In this document: piece by piece, positions 19,002-28,133 of the stretch
How the letters are laid out: every line of letters starts with the position of its first letter
Position numbering within the stretch: position 1 is the first letter of the stretch
Assembly: GCA_965368975.1 (NCBI GenBank)
Contig: CBDUPA010000009.1
Span: 160,001-224,000 of the forward strand
Source: an uncultured bacterium
GTDB taxonomy: Bacteria > Acidobacteriota > Thermoanaerobaculia > Multivoradales > JAHZIX01
Reading direction: 5' to 3'
DNA: 64,000 bases
Program-made: the position numbers and the translations under genes
The notes under the pieces: model-generated
The model's database searches: none
Told to the model about the DNA's origin: nothing
Seen by the model: only the letters and a program-made list of their open reading frames with translations

Positions 19002-20993
19002 GTGCTGCCGGTGATCCACGAGCGTCTGGACCTCGCAGCCGTCACTCGCGCCCTGCTCGATGCTGTCCAGCCAGCAGCGGTGGCAGTCGAACTGCCGGTC
19101 ACCCTCGCCGACGTCGTCCGCCGCGCCGTCAAACGCCTGCCGCGTCTTTCGCTGGTGCTCTCCGAGGAAGACGGCGAGGACGCTCTCGTCTGGCTGGTCT
19201 CGCCGGGAGACCCCTTGGTCGAAGCGCTGCGCTGGGCCACCGAACACGAACGCCCGACCGCCTTTATCGATCCCGACGTGCGCTATAGCGAGCGCCACGC
19301 CGACCCGGTGCCAGATCCGCACGCTCTCTGGACCCTCGGCCCGTCCGAGTACCTACGCATGCTCACCCAGGACGCCACTCTGCGTCCCGTCACCAACGCC
19401 GATCGCCTGCGCGAGGCCGGCATGGCCTACCACCTGCAGACGCTGCGCCGACGCCTCGACGAAGCCAAAGCCGAAGCCGAAGCGCCCGCGGGTCCCATCG
19501 TGGCGCTGGTGGGTGCCGCGCACGTCCAGCGCTTGCGCGCCGCGCTCGCAGGCCCCACCGCCACCCCGCTGGCGCGGCAGCACCGCCGGCACGTCGAGCT
19601 GCACCACGTGCACCCGCAGAGTCTCACCGCCCTGATGACCGACATGCCGCTCGGTCACGCCGCCTACGAACTGCTGCGCTCCGGCTCGCCGCCACCGGTC
19701 CCCGACCTCAGCGCCGCCGCCGCGCAGCCGGTTTCCTTGCATATCCACGGCCTACGCCTGATCAGCGGCGAACGTGACGACAGCGCACAGCGTCGCCGCC
19801 GCGCCGTGCCCGAGTACGCAGCCCACCACAGCGCCCGCACTCTGCAGGCCGCGGACAGTGCCGACGAAGCCCCCGTCTACGGCGTCGACCGCCAGCGGCT
19901 CGGCCTGGCCTTGTGGAACGTCGCCGCCAGCTCCTACCGTACCCAGACCCGCGAGGAGCTCGCGACCTGGCAGCGCCGGACCTACTTTGACTTCGCCCGC
20001 CGCTACGCGCGCGTCCAGGGCCTGTTGCTGCCCGGCCTCTACGAATGGGTCGTTGCCGGTCGCGGCGTCGCGGACGACAACCTGGCCTGGGAAGTCTTCG
20101 ATGCCGCCCGTTGCTACCCCTGGCAAGCAGAAACCGCGGACGACCTCGGCACCGTGCGCATCGAAGACGACATGCTCAACCTGGGCAGCCGCAAGGTGCG
20201 CTTCCGGCGCCGCTTCTTCCGTGTCAAGCAACGCCCGATCGCTGTGCCGGTACGCCAGCGCCCGCAGACCGACGACCCCGCCGACTGGCTACAGGCCTTC
20301 GACGACCTCAACACCTGTTCCTACCCGCAAGAAGACCTGGTGATCGAGGACTACGCTCGTTTCCTGCAGCGCAAAGCCGTCGGGTTGCTGAGCGCCGAGA
20401 ACGAGAAGAGCGAACCCTTCGCCACCAGCCTGCTCGACGGTATCGACTTGCGCGCCACACTGCGCAACGTCCAGGATCGTCGGATCTACGTTCGCCAGCT
20501 GGGTCGAGTGCCCGGCGCCGCCGGTTCCGTGATCCTGATCTTCGACGACGACCCCGACGGCGAGCGCTACCCCTACCTGATGACCTGGCACGGCGAGCAC
20601 GAAGAAGAGTCGGACATGGCCTTCTACGCCACAGATCCGTACCAGCAGATCGTCGGCCCCGGCATCACGCGCGCGACCTACGGCGGTCTGATGATGACCT
20701 ATCCCCCCGATCGCGTGTTCGACATCTGGACCGACCCTGAGTACGGCCGCGCGAACACCAAAGCCGAGGTACTCACGCTGGCCGCCATCGACTACAGCGA
20801 AGAGAAACTGGTCGTCCACGTCGCCGCCAAACCGCCGGCCGCCACCATGAAGCACTACGCCGCACAGCAGAACAAGCGCCTCCTGCACATCCCGCTGGCC
20901 TCGCTGTCCCCCGTCACACTCAAGCGCCTGCGCGTCGTGCACTTCCTGGCCGGCCACGACAAGCGCGACCTCGCAGGTGCGTACATCTGGTAG
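19002..20993 (+). CDS. Uncharacterised AAA partner: TraB/ChaN-like N-domain plus possible degenerate vWA C-domain
   Basis: 663-aa ORF with strong GC3 bias. Motifs VIH, AVAVELP, REAGMA, VALVGAAH; C-terminal GIDLRATLRN...SVILIFDDD. The true start may lie upstream. Confidence 0.75.
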   Translation: MLPVIHERLDLAAVTRALLDAVQPAAVAVELPVTLADVVRRAVKRLPRLSLVLSEEDGEDALVWLVSPGDPLVEALRWATEHERPTAFIDPDVRYSERHADPVPDPHALWTLGPSEYLRMLTQDATLRPVTNADRLREAGMAYHLQTLRRRLDEAKAEAEAPAGPIVALVGAAHVQRLRAALAGPTATPLARQHRRHVELHHVHPQSLTALMTDMPLGHAAYELLRSGSPPPVPDLSAAAAQPVSLHIHGLRLISGERDDSAQRRRRAVPEYAAHHSARTLQAADSADEAPVYGVDRQRLGLALWNVAASSYRTQTREELATWQRRTYFDFARRYARVQGLLLPGLYEWVVAGRGVADDNLAWEVFDAARCYPWQAETADDLGTVRIEDDMLNLGSRKVRFRRRFFRVKQRPIAVPVRQRPQTDDPADWLQAFDDLNTCSYPQEDLVIEDYARFLQRKAVGLLSAENEKSEPFATSLLDGIDLRATLRNVQDRRIYVRQLGRVPGAAGSVILIFDDDPDGERYPYLMTWHGEHEEESDMAFYATDPYQQIVGPGITRATYGGLMMTYPPDRVFDIWTDPEYGRANTKAEVLTLAAIDYSEEKLVVHVAAKPPAATMKHYAAQQNKRLLHIPLASLSPVTLKRLRVVHFLAGHDKRDLAGAYIW

Positions 20994-21037
20994 CGGCATC
21001 CAGGGCAAGCCGACAGACGAACTTCTTCGTATCTCCA

Positions 21038-23680
21038 ATGAACGACCACGGAATACAACCAGACCTCCGGCCCGTTGGAATGCCTGCCATGCAATCTACC
21101 GCTCGTCGCCCAGCCCTCGTCGCCCTTCTCACCCTGCTGCTCCTGCCACTCGCCGTGGCAGCCCAGCCACCGGCAGAAACCGAGGACACCGGCCCAGAAA
21201 CCGCTAGCCCGGAAGTGTTGGGCAACTCCGAAGGACTTCAAAGCGGTCTGCCTCCGCGCTTCCAGCGTTGGCTCGACGAGGTCGACCCGCTGATCCTGAC
21301 CCCCGAGCGGCAAGTCTTCCTGTACTTGAAGACCGACTACCAGCGCGACGAATTCATCCGCCGCTTCTGGCAAGTGCGGGACCCCTACTTGCAGACCGCG
21401 CGCAACGAACTGAAGGAACGATGGGATCGGCGCGTCTCGGAGGCCAAAGCTGCTTTCGGCACCCTGCAAGATGATCGCGCCCGCATCTACCTGGTGCACG
21501 GTCGCCCCGCGGTCAACGTCCCCGTGCGCTGCACCACCACCCGCACGCCGGTCGAGATCTGGGTCTACCGTGGCAGCAATACTGTCAGTTTCGACTTCAT
21601 CCTGCTCTTCGTGCGCCAGCGAGGTGACGGCCCCGCCCGGCTGTGGACCCCGGGTTCGATCTCGCTCGACTCGGTGATGAACCAGGCGCGCGCCTGCATC
21701 AACGGCAACCAGATGGTGCAAGCCATCTCGCTGATCCGCCAGAACCTGACCAACTACGAGCTGGCGATGCAACGGGTCCTGGCCAAGCCACGCCCCCGCA
21801 GCCGCGAATGGCTCGCCACCTTCGTGTCGTTGACCACCGACGTCCCACCCGGCGCGGCTCAGCTGCCGGCCCTGGCCGAGATCGACTTCCTCGGTCGTTA
21901 CCAGAGCCGTACCGTCCTGCAGGGCATCCTGCGCGTCCCGGCGCAAGCCGCCGTGGTCGGAGACTTCGCTGGCTTCCGGTCCTATAACTTCCTGCTCACC
22001 GGGGAGGTGGTCAAAGACGGCAGCCTGCTGGAGAACTTCCGCTACAAGTTCGGCTTTCCAACCCGCGACCTCACCGACAACCCGCTAGCCAGCAGTCAGC
22101 TCGCCAGCCACCAGAACGCCAGCCCGCTGCCCGAGGATCTCGAAATCCCCCTCGCATTCCAGCGCTACCTACGGCCCGGTGACTACCAGCTGATCCTGCG
22201 CCTCGAAGACCTCAACGGCGGTACCTTCTTCCGCCGCGAACTCGACGTCAGCGTGCCGCAGATGGACACCGTCGCCGAGGTCGCCCGCCAGCGCGACGCC
22301 GAGAGCGAGCAACTGTTCGCCGAGGCCACCGACGCGATCGCCAGCGGCGAGACCTCCATCCGCATCCTGCCGCCCGGTCGAGAGCTGCTGGTCGGCTTCG
22401 AGCGCTTCAACACGCTCGCCGTCGGTGAGGACATCCGCAAGATCACCTTCTACCTCGACGACCAGCCGATTCTGACCAAGAACCGGCCGCCCTTCAACGT
22501 CGAGATCGACCTCGGCGACTTCCCGCAGTTGCGCGAGCTGCGCGCCGAAGCGCTGGACGAGGCAGGCAATGTCGTCGCCACCGACAGCCTGCTGATCAAC
22601 TCCGGCGGCAACCGCTTCGGCGTCAAGCTCATCGAACCACACAAAGGCGGCAGCTATCGAGACAGCCTGCTCGCCAAGGTCGAGGTCGAAGTGCCTGAAG
22701 ACCGGACGCTCGAACGCGTCGAGCTCTATCTCAACGAGACGCTCATGGCGACGCTGTACCAGGAGCCCTTCACGCAGCCGATCGCCTTACCGCCCGGCGA
22801 ACCCGTCGCCTACGTGCGTGCCGTTGCCTATCTGCCAGACGGCAATTCCACGGAAGACCTGGTGTTCATCAACGCCCCGGCCTACCTAGACGAAGTCGAC
22901 GTCCAGTTCGTCGAGCTGTTCACCACCGTGCTCGACGACGATGACCGCCCGGTAGCGGGCCTGAGCCGCAGCGACTTCACCATCTCCGAGGACGGTGTCG
23001 AGCAAACGATCCAGCGCTTCGAGAACGTCGAAGACCTGCCGATCCACGTCGGCGTCCTGCTCGACAGCTCGGGCTCCATGCGCCGCTCCCTGGTCCAGGC
23101 GCGCGAGGCTGCGCTCACCTTCTTCCGCAACATCCTGACACCAAAAGACCGCGCCGCCGTCATCACCTTCAACCGCGTCCCCACCCTGGCCGTCAAGCTG
23201 ACCAACGATCTGACCCAGCTCGGCGGCGGCCTCGCCGGGCTGACCGCCGAGGGTGAGACCTCGCTCTATGACAGCGTCCTCTTCGGCCTCTACTACTTCA
23301 CCGGCATCAAGGGGCAACGCGCGCTCTTACTGCTCTCGGACGGCCGCGACGAAGGAAGCCGCTTCACCTTCGACGACACCCTCGAGTACGCTCGCCGCGC
23401 CGGCGTCACCATCTACACCGTCGGCCTCGGACTGCGCGACGGCGATGCGCGCAGCAAGCTGATGCAGCTGGCCGAAGAAACCGGCGGCGGCAGCTACTTC
23501 ATCACCGAGATCGAGCAGCTAGAAACGATCTACGCCCAAATCGAGAGTGAGCTGCGGTCGAAGTACTTCCTCGCCTACCAGAGCTCCAACAACGACCAGG
23601 ACAGCGGCTTCCGCGCCATTGAGGTCGAAATGGAGGATCGGGACCTCGAGGCGAAGACGCTGAGCGGCTACTACCCGTAG
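21038..23680 (+). CDS. Secreted GWxTD-domain / Ig-like / vWA-domain protein
   Basis: Signal peptide; FIRRFWQVRDP...NE...DDRARIYLVHGRP...EIWVY (GWxTD domain, with the namesake motif altered); MIDAS DSSGSM, TSLYDS, LLSDGRD. Confidence 0.85.
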   Translation: MNDHGIQPDLRPVGMPAMQSTARRPALVALLTLLLLPLAVAAQPPAETEDTGPETASPEVLGNSEGLQSGLPPRFQRWLDEVDPLILTPERQVFLYLKTDYQRDEFIRRFWQVRDPYLQTARNELKERWDRRVSEAKAAFGTLQDDRARIYLVHGRPAVNVPVRCTTTRTPVEIWVYRGSNTVSFDFILLFVRQRGDGPARLWTPGSISLDSVMNQARACINGNQMVQAISLIRQNLTNYELAMQRVLAKPRPRSREWLATFVSLTTDVPPGAAQLPALAEIDFLGRYQSRTVLQGILRVPAQAAVVGDFAGFRSYNFLLTGEVVKDGSLLENFRYKFGFPTRDLTDNPLASSQLASHQNASPLPEDLEIPLAFQRYLRPGDYQLILRLEDLNGGTFFRRELDVSVPQMDTVAEVARQRDAESEQLFAEATDAIASGETSIRILPPGRELLVGFERFNTLAVGEDIRKITFYLDDQPILTKNRPPFNVEIDLGDFPQLRELRAEALDEAGNVVATDSLLINSGGNRFGVKLIEPHKGGSYRDSLLAKVEVEVPEDRTLERVELYLNETLMATLYQEPFTQPIALPPGEPVAYVRAVAYLPDGNSTEDLVFINAPAYLDEVDVQFVELFTTVLDDDDRPVAGLSRSDFTISEDGVEQTIQRFENVEDLPIHVGVLLDSSGSMRRSLVQAREAALTFFRNILTPKDRAAVITFNRVPTLAVKLTNDLTQLGGGLAGLTAEGETSLYDSVLFGLYYFTGIKGQRALLLLSDGRDEGSRFTFDDTLEYARRAGVTIYTVGLGLRDGDARSKLMQLAEETGGGSYFITEIEQLETIYAQIESELRSKYFLAYQSSNNDQDSGFRAIEVEMEDRDLEAKTLSGYYP

Positions 23681-23739
23681 ATCGCCGAACTCGCGCGTGC
23701 CTTCTTACCGGACGTGGCGACCGGTGCTAGCATCCGAGT

Positions 23740-24903
23740 ATGAGCTACCACGCCATCGTCCTGGGCCTCGGTGCCATGGGCAGCGCCGCCGCTTGCCAGC
23801 TGGCACGCCGAGGCAAGGCGGCGGGGCACAAGATTCTGGGCCTCGACCGCTTCCACCCACCCCACACCTTCGGCTCCTCGCACGGCGACACGCGCGTCAT
23901 TCGCCAGGCCTATTTCGAGCATCCCGACTACCTGCCGCTGCTCAAGACCTGCTACGACCGCTGGCACCAGCTGGAGCACGACTGCGGCGAGACGCTCCTG
24001 CAACAAACGGGCGCGCTGATGATCGGGCCGGAGCAGTCGGAAGTCGTCGCCGGCAGCCTGCGCACGGCACGCGAGCACGACCTGCCGCACGAACTGCTCG
24101 ACACCGCCGAGCTGCGCCGCCGCTATCCCGTACTCACGCCGCCCCCCGGCACCATGGCGCTGTACGAAGAGATCGCCGGTGCACTGGCACCCGAGCGCTG
24201 CGTCGCCGCACACCTGGAAGCCGCGGCGGAAGCCGGCGCGGAGCTGCACTTCGGCGAGCGCGTCGAGAGCTGGACAGCCGATCCGGGTGGTGACGGCGTT
24301 ACCGTACGCACCTCCGCCGGCACCTACCACGCCGAGCACTTGGTTCTGGCCGCCGGAGCCTGGATGCCGAGCTTGCTCTCTCCGTCTGCATCCGCCGCAG
24401 CGTCGAAACTACGAGCTGACCGCAAGGTCTTGATGTGGCTCGAACCTGAGGGCGGCGAGCCCGGCTTCCTGCCGCACGAGTTCCCGATCTGGGTGTGGGA
24501 ACCGGAAGGGGAGTACGCCTTCTACGGCTTCCCAGCGCTCGATGGCCGCGGCGGCGGCGTCAAGGCCGGCCTCCACACCAACCGCGACTTCTGCCTCGCT
24601 GACGAACTCGATCGTGACGTCCACGGCGAGGACGCCGACGCTCTGTACAAGCTGTTACGGCAGTTCATCCCACGCCTCGAAGGCGAGATCCTGCACAGCA
24701 CGGTGTGTATGTACACCCATACCCCGGATGACCACTTCCTGCTCGGCCCCCACCCGGATCACTCGCAAGTCACGGTGGCGGGCGGTTTCTCTGGACACGG
24801 CTTCAAGTTCTCGGTACTGGTCGGCGAGATCGTCGCGGACCTGGTGCTCGAGGGGAAGACGACGCATCCGATCGGGTTGTTCGCGCCGGGTCGCTTCCGC
24901 TAG
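23740..24903 (+). CDS. solA: N-methyl-L-tryptophan / monomeric sarcosine oxidase family flavoprotein
   Basis: GLGAMGSA, GSSHGDTRVIRQAY, CMYT-x-TPD, GFSGHGFKF. Confidence 0.88.
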   Translation: MSYHAIVLGLGAMGSAAACQLARRGKAAGHKILGLDRFHPPHTFGSSHGDTRVIRQAYFEHPDYLPLLKTCYDRWHQLEHDCGETLLQQTGALMIGPEQSEVVAGSLRTAREHDLPHELLDTAELRRRYPVLTPPPGTMALYEEIAGALAPERCVAAHLEAAAEAGAELHFGERVESWTADPGGDGVTVRTSAGTYHAEHLVLAAGAWMPSLLSPSASAAASKLRADRKVLMWLEPEGGEPGFLPHEFPIWVWEPEGEYAFYGFPALDGRGGGVKAGLHTNRDFCLADELDRDVHGEDADALYKLLRQFIPRLEGEILHSTVCMYTHTPDDHFLLGPHPDHSQVTVAGGFSGHGFKFSVLVGEIVADLVLEGKTTHPIGLFAPGRFR

Positions 24904-25022
24904 ACCTCGGACTCTTGGAGGCCAGAACCTCGGGCCTGCCGGCAGGGAGCCTGCATGGTAGCGTACGCTGGCACCTCGCCCCCACGAGGAAACGAGAGGC
25001 ACGATAGAAGGAGGTACGCACC

Positions 25023-25721
25023 ATGGCGAAGACGTTGTTGCTCGGGTTGACTCTGCTGCTCGCATCGCATGCACAAAGCCACGTCCAAGAGACCGTCGAT
25101 CCCGCGACAGACCCGCCGCAACCAGCAGCCGTTTCCGCCACCGCCCCCTCCGAGGGTAGCCCTCCTCCCGTGGCAACCTTGCAAGCCACCTCTCGCGAGG
25201 GCCTCGAATGGCTCCAGCCCACCGTCGGTACCTGGCAAATGCAAGCTCGCTTCACGCCGGACGACGGCACCACCTGGCACCAAGTCACCACCGACGCCAC
25301 CGTCACCACCCTACTTGGCGGTAGATTCCTGCACGAGGCGTTCTACCTCCAGTTTCCCAACGGCCAGCGTATGCACATCGAGTGCACGCGTTCCTACGAC
25401 AACTTCCAGAAGCTCTACCGCGCCGTGTGCCTGGACGACGCCATGGCACTCATGGACGTTTACGAAGGCACCTGGCACGAGCAGAAGCTCGTCCTCTCCA
25501 ACGTCGGGCCCAACACGTTCTTCCTCACCGGTCCGCAGGGTGCCATCAAGGTCAACTCGCGGCAGATCCTCCACAGCTTCACACAGGACGGCTTCCAGGT
25601 AGACTGGGAAGCAACGGCGGATGGCGGCAAGACTTGGTCCCCCGCCGGTTTCTTCACATACTCTCACCATAAACCGGAAGGCCTTGGCCAGAAGCCGGAA
25701 GATGAGATCCCACCCCAATGA
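25023..25721 (+). CDS. Secreted DUF1579-like beta-barrel protein
   Basis: Signal peptide; L-x-x-x-VGTW, LGGRFL, YDN-x-x-x-x-Y, DGGKTW. Confidence 0.7.
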   Translation: MAKTLLLGLTLLLASHAQSHVQETVDPATDPPQPAAVSATAPSEGSPPPVATLQATSREGLEWLQPTVGTWQMQARFTPDDGTTWHQVTTDATVTTLLGGRFLHEAFYLQFPNGQRMHIECTRSYDNFQKLYRAVCLDDAMALMDVYEGTWHEQKLVLSNVGPNTFFLTGPQGAIKVNSRQILHSFTQDGFQVDWEATADGGKTWSPAGFFTYSHHKPEGLGQKPEDEIPPQ

Positions 25722-26686
25722 AAAATCATCGGTACTACTACAAGCACATCGGAAATCTGCGCGAGCGTCTCAACACCTACGTGCCGCGCGACGAGCTGCG
25801 CGAGCTGCACAAGATCCGTCCCGCGCGTCACTTCTTCGTCCTCGCCCGCCTCTTCCTGTGGGTCGGCCTGTGCGGCTGGGCGCTGTGGCAGGACGCCTAC
25901 CCCTGGCTGTGGATCCCGGCAGCGGCGATCCAGGGCTTCAACATCTTGGGCTTCATCATCCTGCTGCACGACCAGGTTCACGAGGTGATCTTCCAGAAGC
26001 CGAGACCGCGCTTGATGCGCTTCCTGGGCCTGCTCTACGCTCTCCCGAGCGCCATCTCCGCCACCCAATTCCGCATCTGGCACCTCGACCACCACAACGA
26101 GCTCGGCTCCGAAGAGGACGACCCCAAGCGGGCGTACCTCTCGCCCAAGCGCAACGCGCGCTGGTACAAGATGCTGTACTTCACGCCCTACCTCTTCTGG
26201 CTCTACGCCCGCGCCGCAGCGGTGGAGGCCAAGACCTACTCTGCCGAAGAACAGAGCACCATCCGCCGGGAGCGCTATGCCAACATCGCGATCCACGGTC
26301 TGATCGTCGCGGCACTGCTGTACTTCGGTGGCCCGTGGATCCTGCTGCGCGTCTATGTCGTCCCCGTCTTCTTCGTCTTCCCCATAGCCTTCGTGCTCAA
26401 CCGCCTGGGCCAGCACTACGACATTGACCCCAAGGACCCTGCCAAGTGGTCCACACTGGTCAACGGCAACCCGGCCTGGCGCTGGTTGATGGTGTCGTCG
26501 AACTTCCACATCGAGCACCACTACTACCAGCGCGTGCCGTTCTACAACCTGAAGCGGCTCAACGGCCTGTTGCAGCCCTTCTTCTCCGAGATCGGGCACC
26601 GCAACCGCACCTACCGGGAGCTGCTCTGGGGTTGGCTGGTGAAGAACCGGCAGCCGCATACGAATTGGGACCTGCTCGGGGAGTAG
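25718..26686 (+). CDS. Membrane fatty-acid desaturase / di-iron hydroxylase family protein
   Basis: Three His boxes (HDQVH, HLDHH, HIEHH) plus GQH; TM helices. Confidence 0.88.
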   Translation: MKNHRYYYKHIGNLRERLNTYVPRDELRELHKIRPARHFFVLARLFLWVGLCGWALWQDAYPWLWIPAAAIQGFNILGFIILLHDQVHEVIFQKPRPRLMRFLGLLYALPSAISATQFRIWHLDHHNELGSEEDDPKRAYLSPKRNARWYKMLYFTPYLFWLYARAAAVEAKTYSAEEQSTIRRERYANIAIHGLIVAALLYFGGPWILLRVYVVPVFFVFPIAFVLNRLGQHYDIDPKDPAKWSTLVNGNPAWRWLMVSSNFHIEHHYYQRVPFYNLKRLNGLLQPFFSEIGHRNRTYRELLWGWLVKNRQPHTNWDLLGE

Positions 26687-26699
26687 GGCAGCCGCGATC

Positions 26700-28133
26700 G
26701 TGATCCAGCTCGCGTTTGATCGCGGCACGCTGAAGCTGCATGCCTCAACGCCCGTCGACCTCGACTCGCCACCCGACTCGCCACCGCTGCCCACCGGCGC
26801 GACACTTCCCGGCTGCCGCTTCGACAAGCGCACCAAGTGCTGGCGCGCACCGGCGCACGCGTATCGCCAGATCATCCTCACCCTGCGCGGCGCCGAGGTC
26901 GAGTACCTGGACGACGCCCGTGCCTACGACAAACTCGACTTCGAACGCCAGCTGATCCGCAAGCCGTTCCCGCACCAGCAGGAGGCGGTCGAGGCGTGGT
27001 GGACGGGCTCCCCGGCCGCCGGTGACACGGTGGCCGAGCGGCGGGGCAAGGGAGTCGTGGTATTGCCGACGGGCGCGGGCAAGACGTTCTTGGCCCACTT
27101 GGCAATGGAGAAGGCCGGCTGCAGTACGCTGGTGATCACACCAACGCTGGACCTGATGCAGCAGTGGTACAGCGGCCTGCTCGACGGCTTCGACATCGAC
27201 GTGGGGCTGATCGGCGGCGGCTACTACGAGCCGAAGGCGGTCACGGTGACAACCTACGATTCGGCCTACATCCACATGGAGCGCCTCGGGAACCGCTACG
27301 GCCTGCTGGTGTTCGACGAGTGCCACCACCTGCCGGGACCATCCTACGCTAGTGCCGCCGAGTGCTCCCTGGCGCCCTTTCGGCTCGGCCTCACCGCGAC
27401 GCCGGAGCGCGAGGACGGGGAAGAGCGCCAGTACGAGTGGCTGATCGGGCCGACGGTCTATCGACGCGAGATCCGGGAGCTGGCAGGCAGCTATCTGGCG
27501 GACTACGAGACGATCCAAGTGCCGGTGCGCCTGTCTGACGAAGAGCGGCGCGAGTACGAGGAGACGCGGGCGGTGTATCTGGCCTTCGTACAGCGCCAAG
27601 GGTTACAACTCGGTTCGCCGCAAGGCTGGCGCATGTTTCTCATGGCGACTTCGCGCTCGCGCCAGGGGCGCGAGGCGTTTCTCGCCTATCAGACGCAGAA
27701 GCGGATCGCGCAGGCATCCGAAGGCAAACTACGCAAGCTCGAACAGCTGATGGCGCGCCACCGGCACGATCGGGTGCTGATCTTCACCCACGACAACGCC
27801 ACGGTGTACCGCATCTCGCGGCAATACCTGGTCCCAGCGATCACGCACCAGACCAAGGTGAAAGAGCGGCACGACCTGCTGCGCGGCTTCAACGACGGCG
27901 AGTTCCCCTTCCTGGTGACGTCGAAGGTGCTCAACGAAGGCGTCGACGTGCCTGCGGCCAACGTCGGGATCGTGCTTTCGGGCAGCGGCAGCGTGCGCGA
28001 GCACGTGCAACGGCTGGGGCGCATCCTGCGCAAGGCCGAGGACAAACAGGCGGTGCTGTACGAGGTGGTGTCGGAAGATACGGCCGAGCGTTACGTCAGC
28101 CAGCGGCGCAGGAGGCACGGTGCTTACCAGTGA
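26700..28133 (+). CDS. XPB/Rad25-like SF2 DNA helicase
   Basis: LPTGAGKT, DECHH, GLTATPEREDG (RED motif), EGVDVP, QRLGRILR; N-terminal FD-x-R-x-x-x-WRAPA damage-recognition-like segment. Confidence 0.9.
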   Translation: MIQLAFDRGTLKLHASTPVDLDSPPDSPPLPTGATLPGCRFDKRTKCWRAPAHAYRQIILTLRGAEVEYLDDARAYDKLDFERQLIRKPFPHQQEAVEAWWTGSPAAGDTVAERRGKGVVVLPTGAGKTFLAHLAMEKAGCSTLVITPTLDLMQQWYSGLLDGFDIDVGLIGGGYYEPKAVTVTTYDSAYIHMERLGNRYGLLVFDECHHLPGPSYASAAECSLAPFRLGLTATPEREDGEERQYEWLIGPTVYRREIRELAGSYLADYETIQVPVRLSDEERREYEETRAVYLAFVQRQGLQLGSPQGWRMFLMATSRSRQGREAFLAYQTQKRIAQASEGKLRKLEQLMARHRHDRVLIFTHDNATVYRISRQYLVPAITHQTKVKERHDLLRGFNDGEFPFLVTSKVLNEGVDVPAANVGIVLSGSGSVREHVQRLGRILRKAEDKQAVLYEVVSEDTAERYVSQRRRRHGAYQ

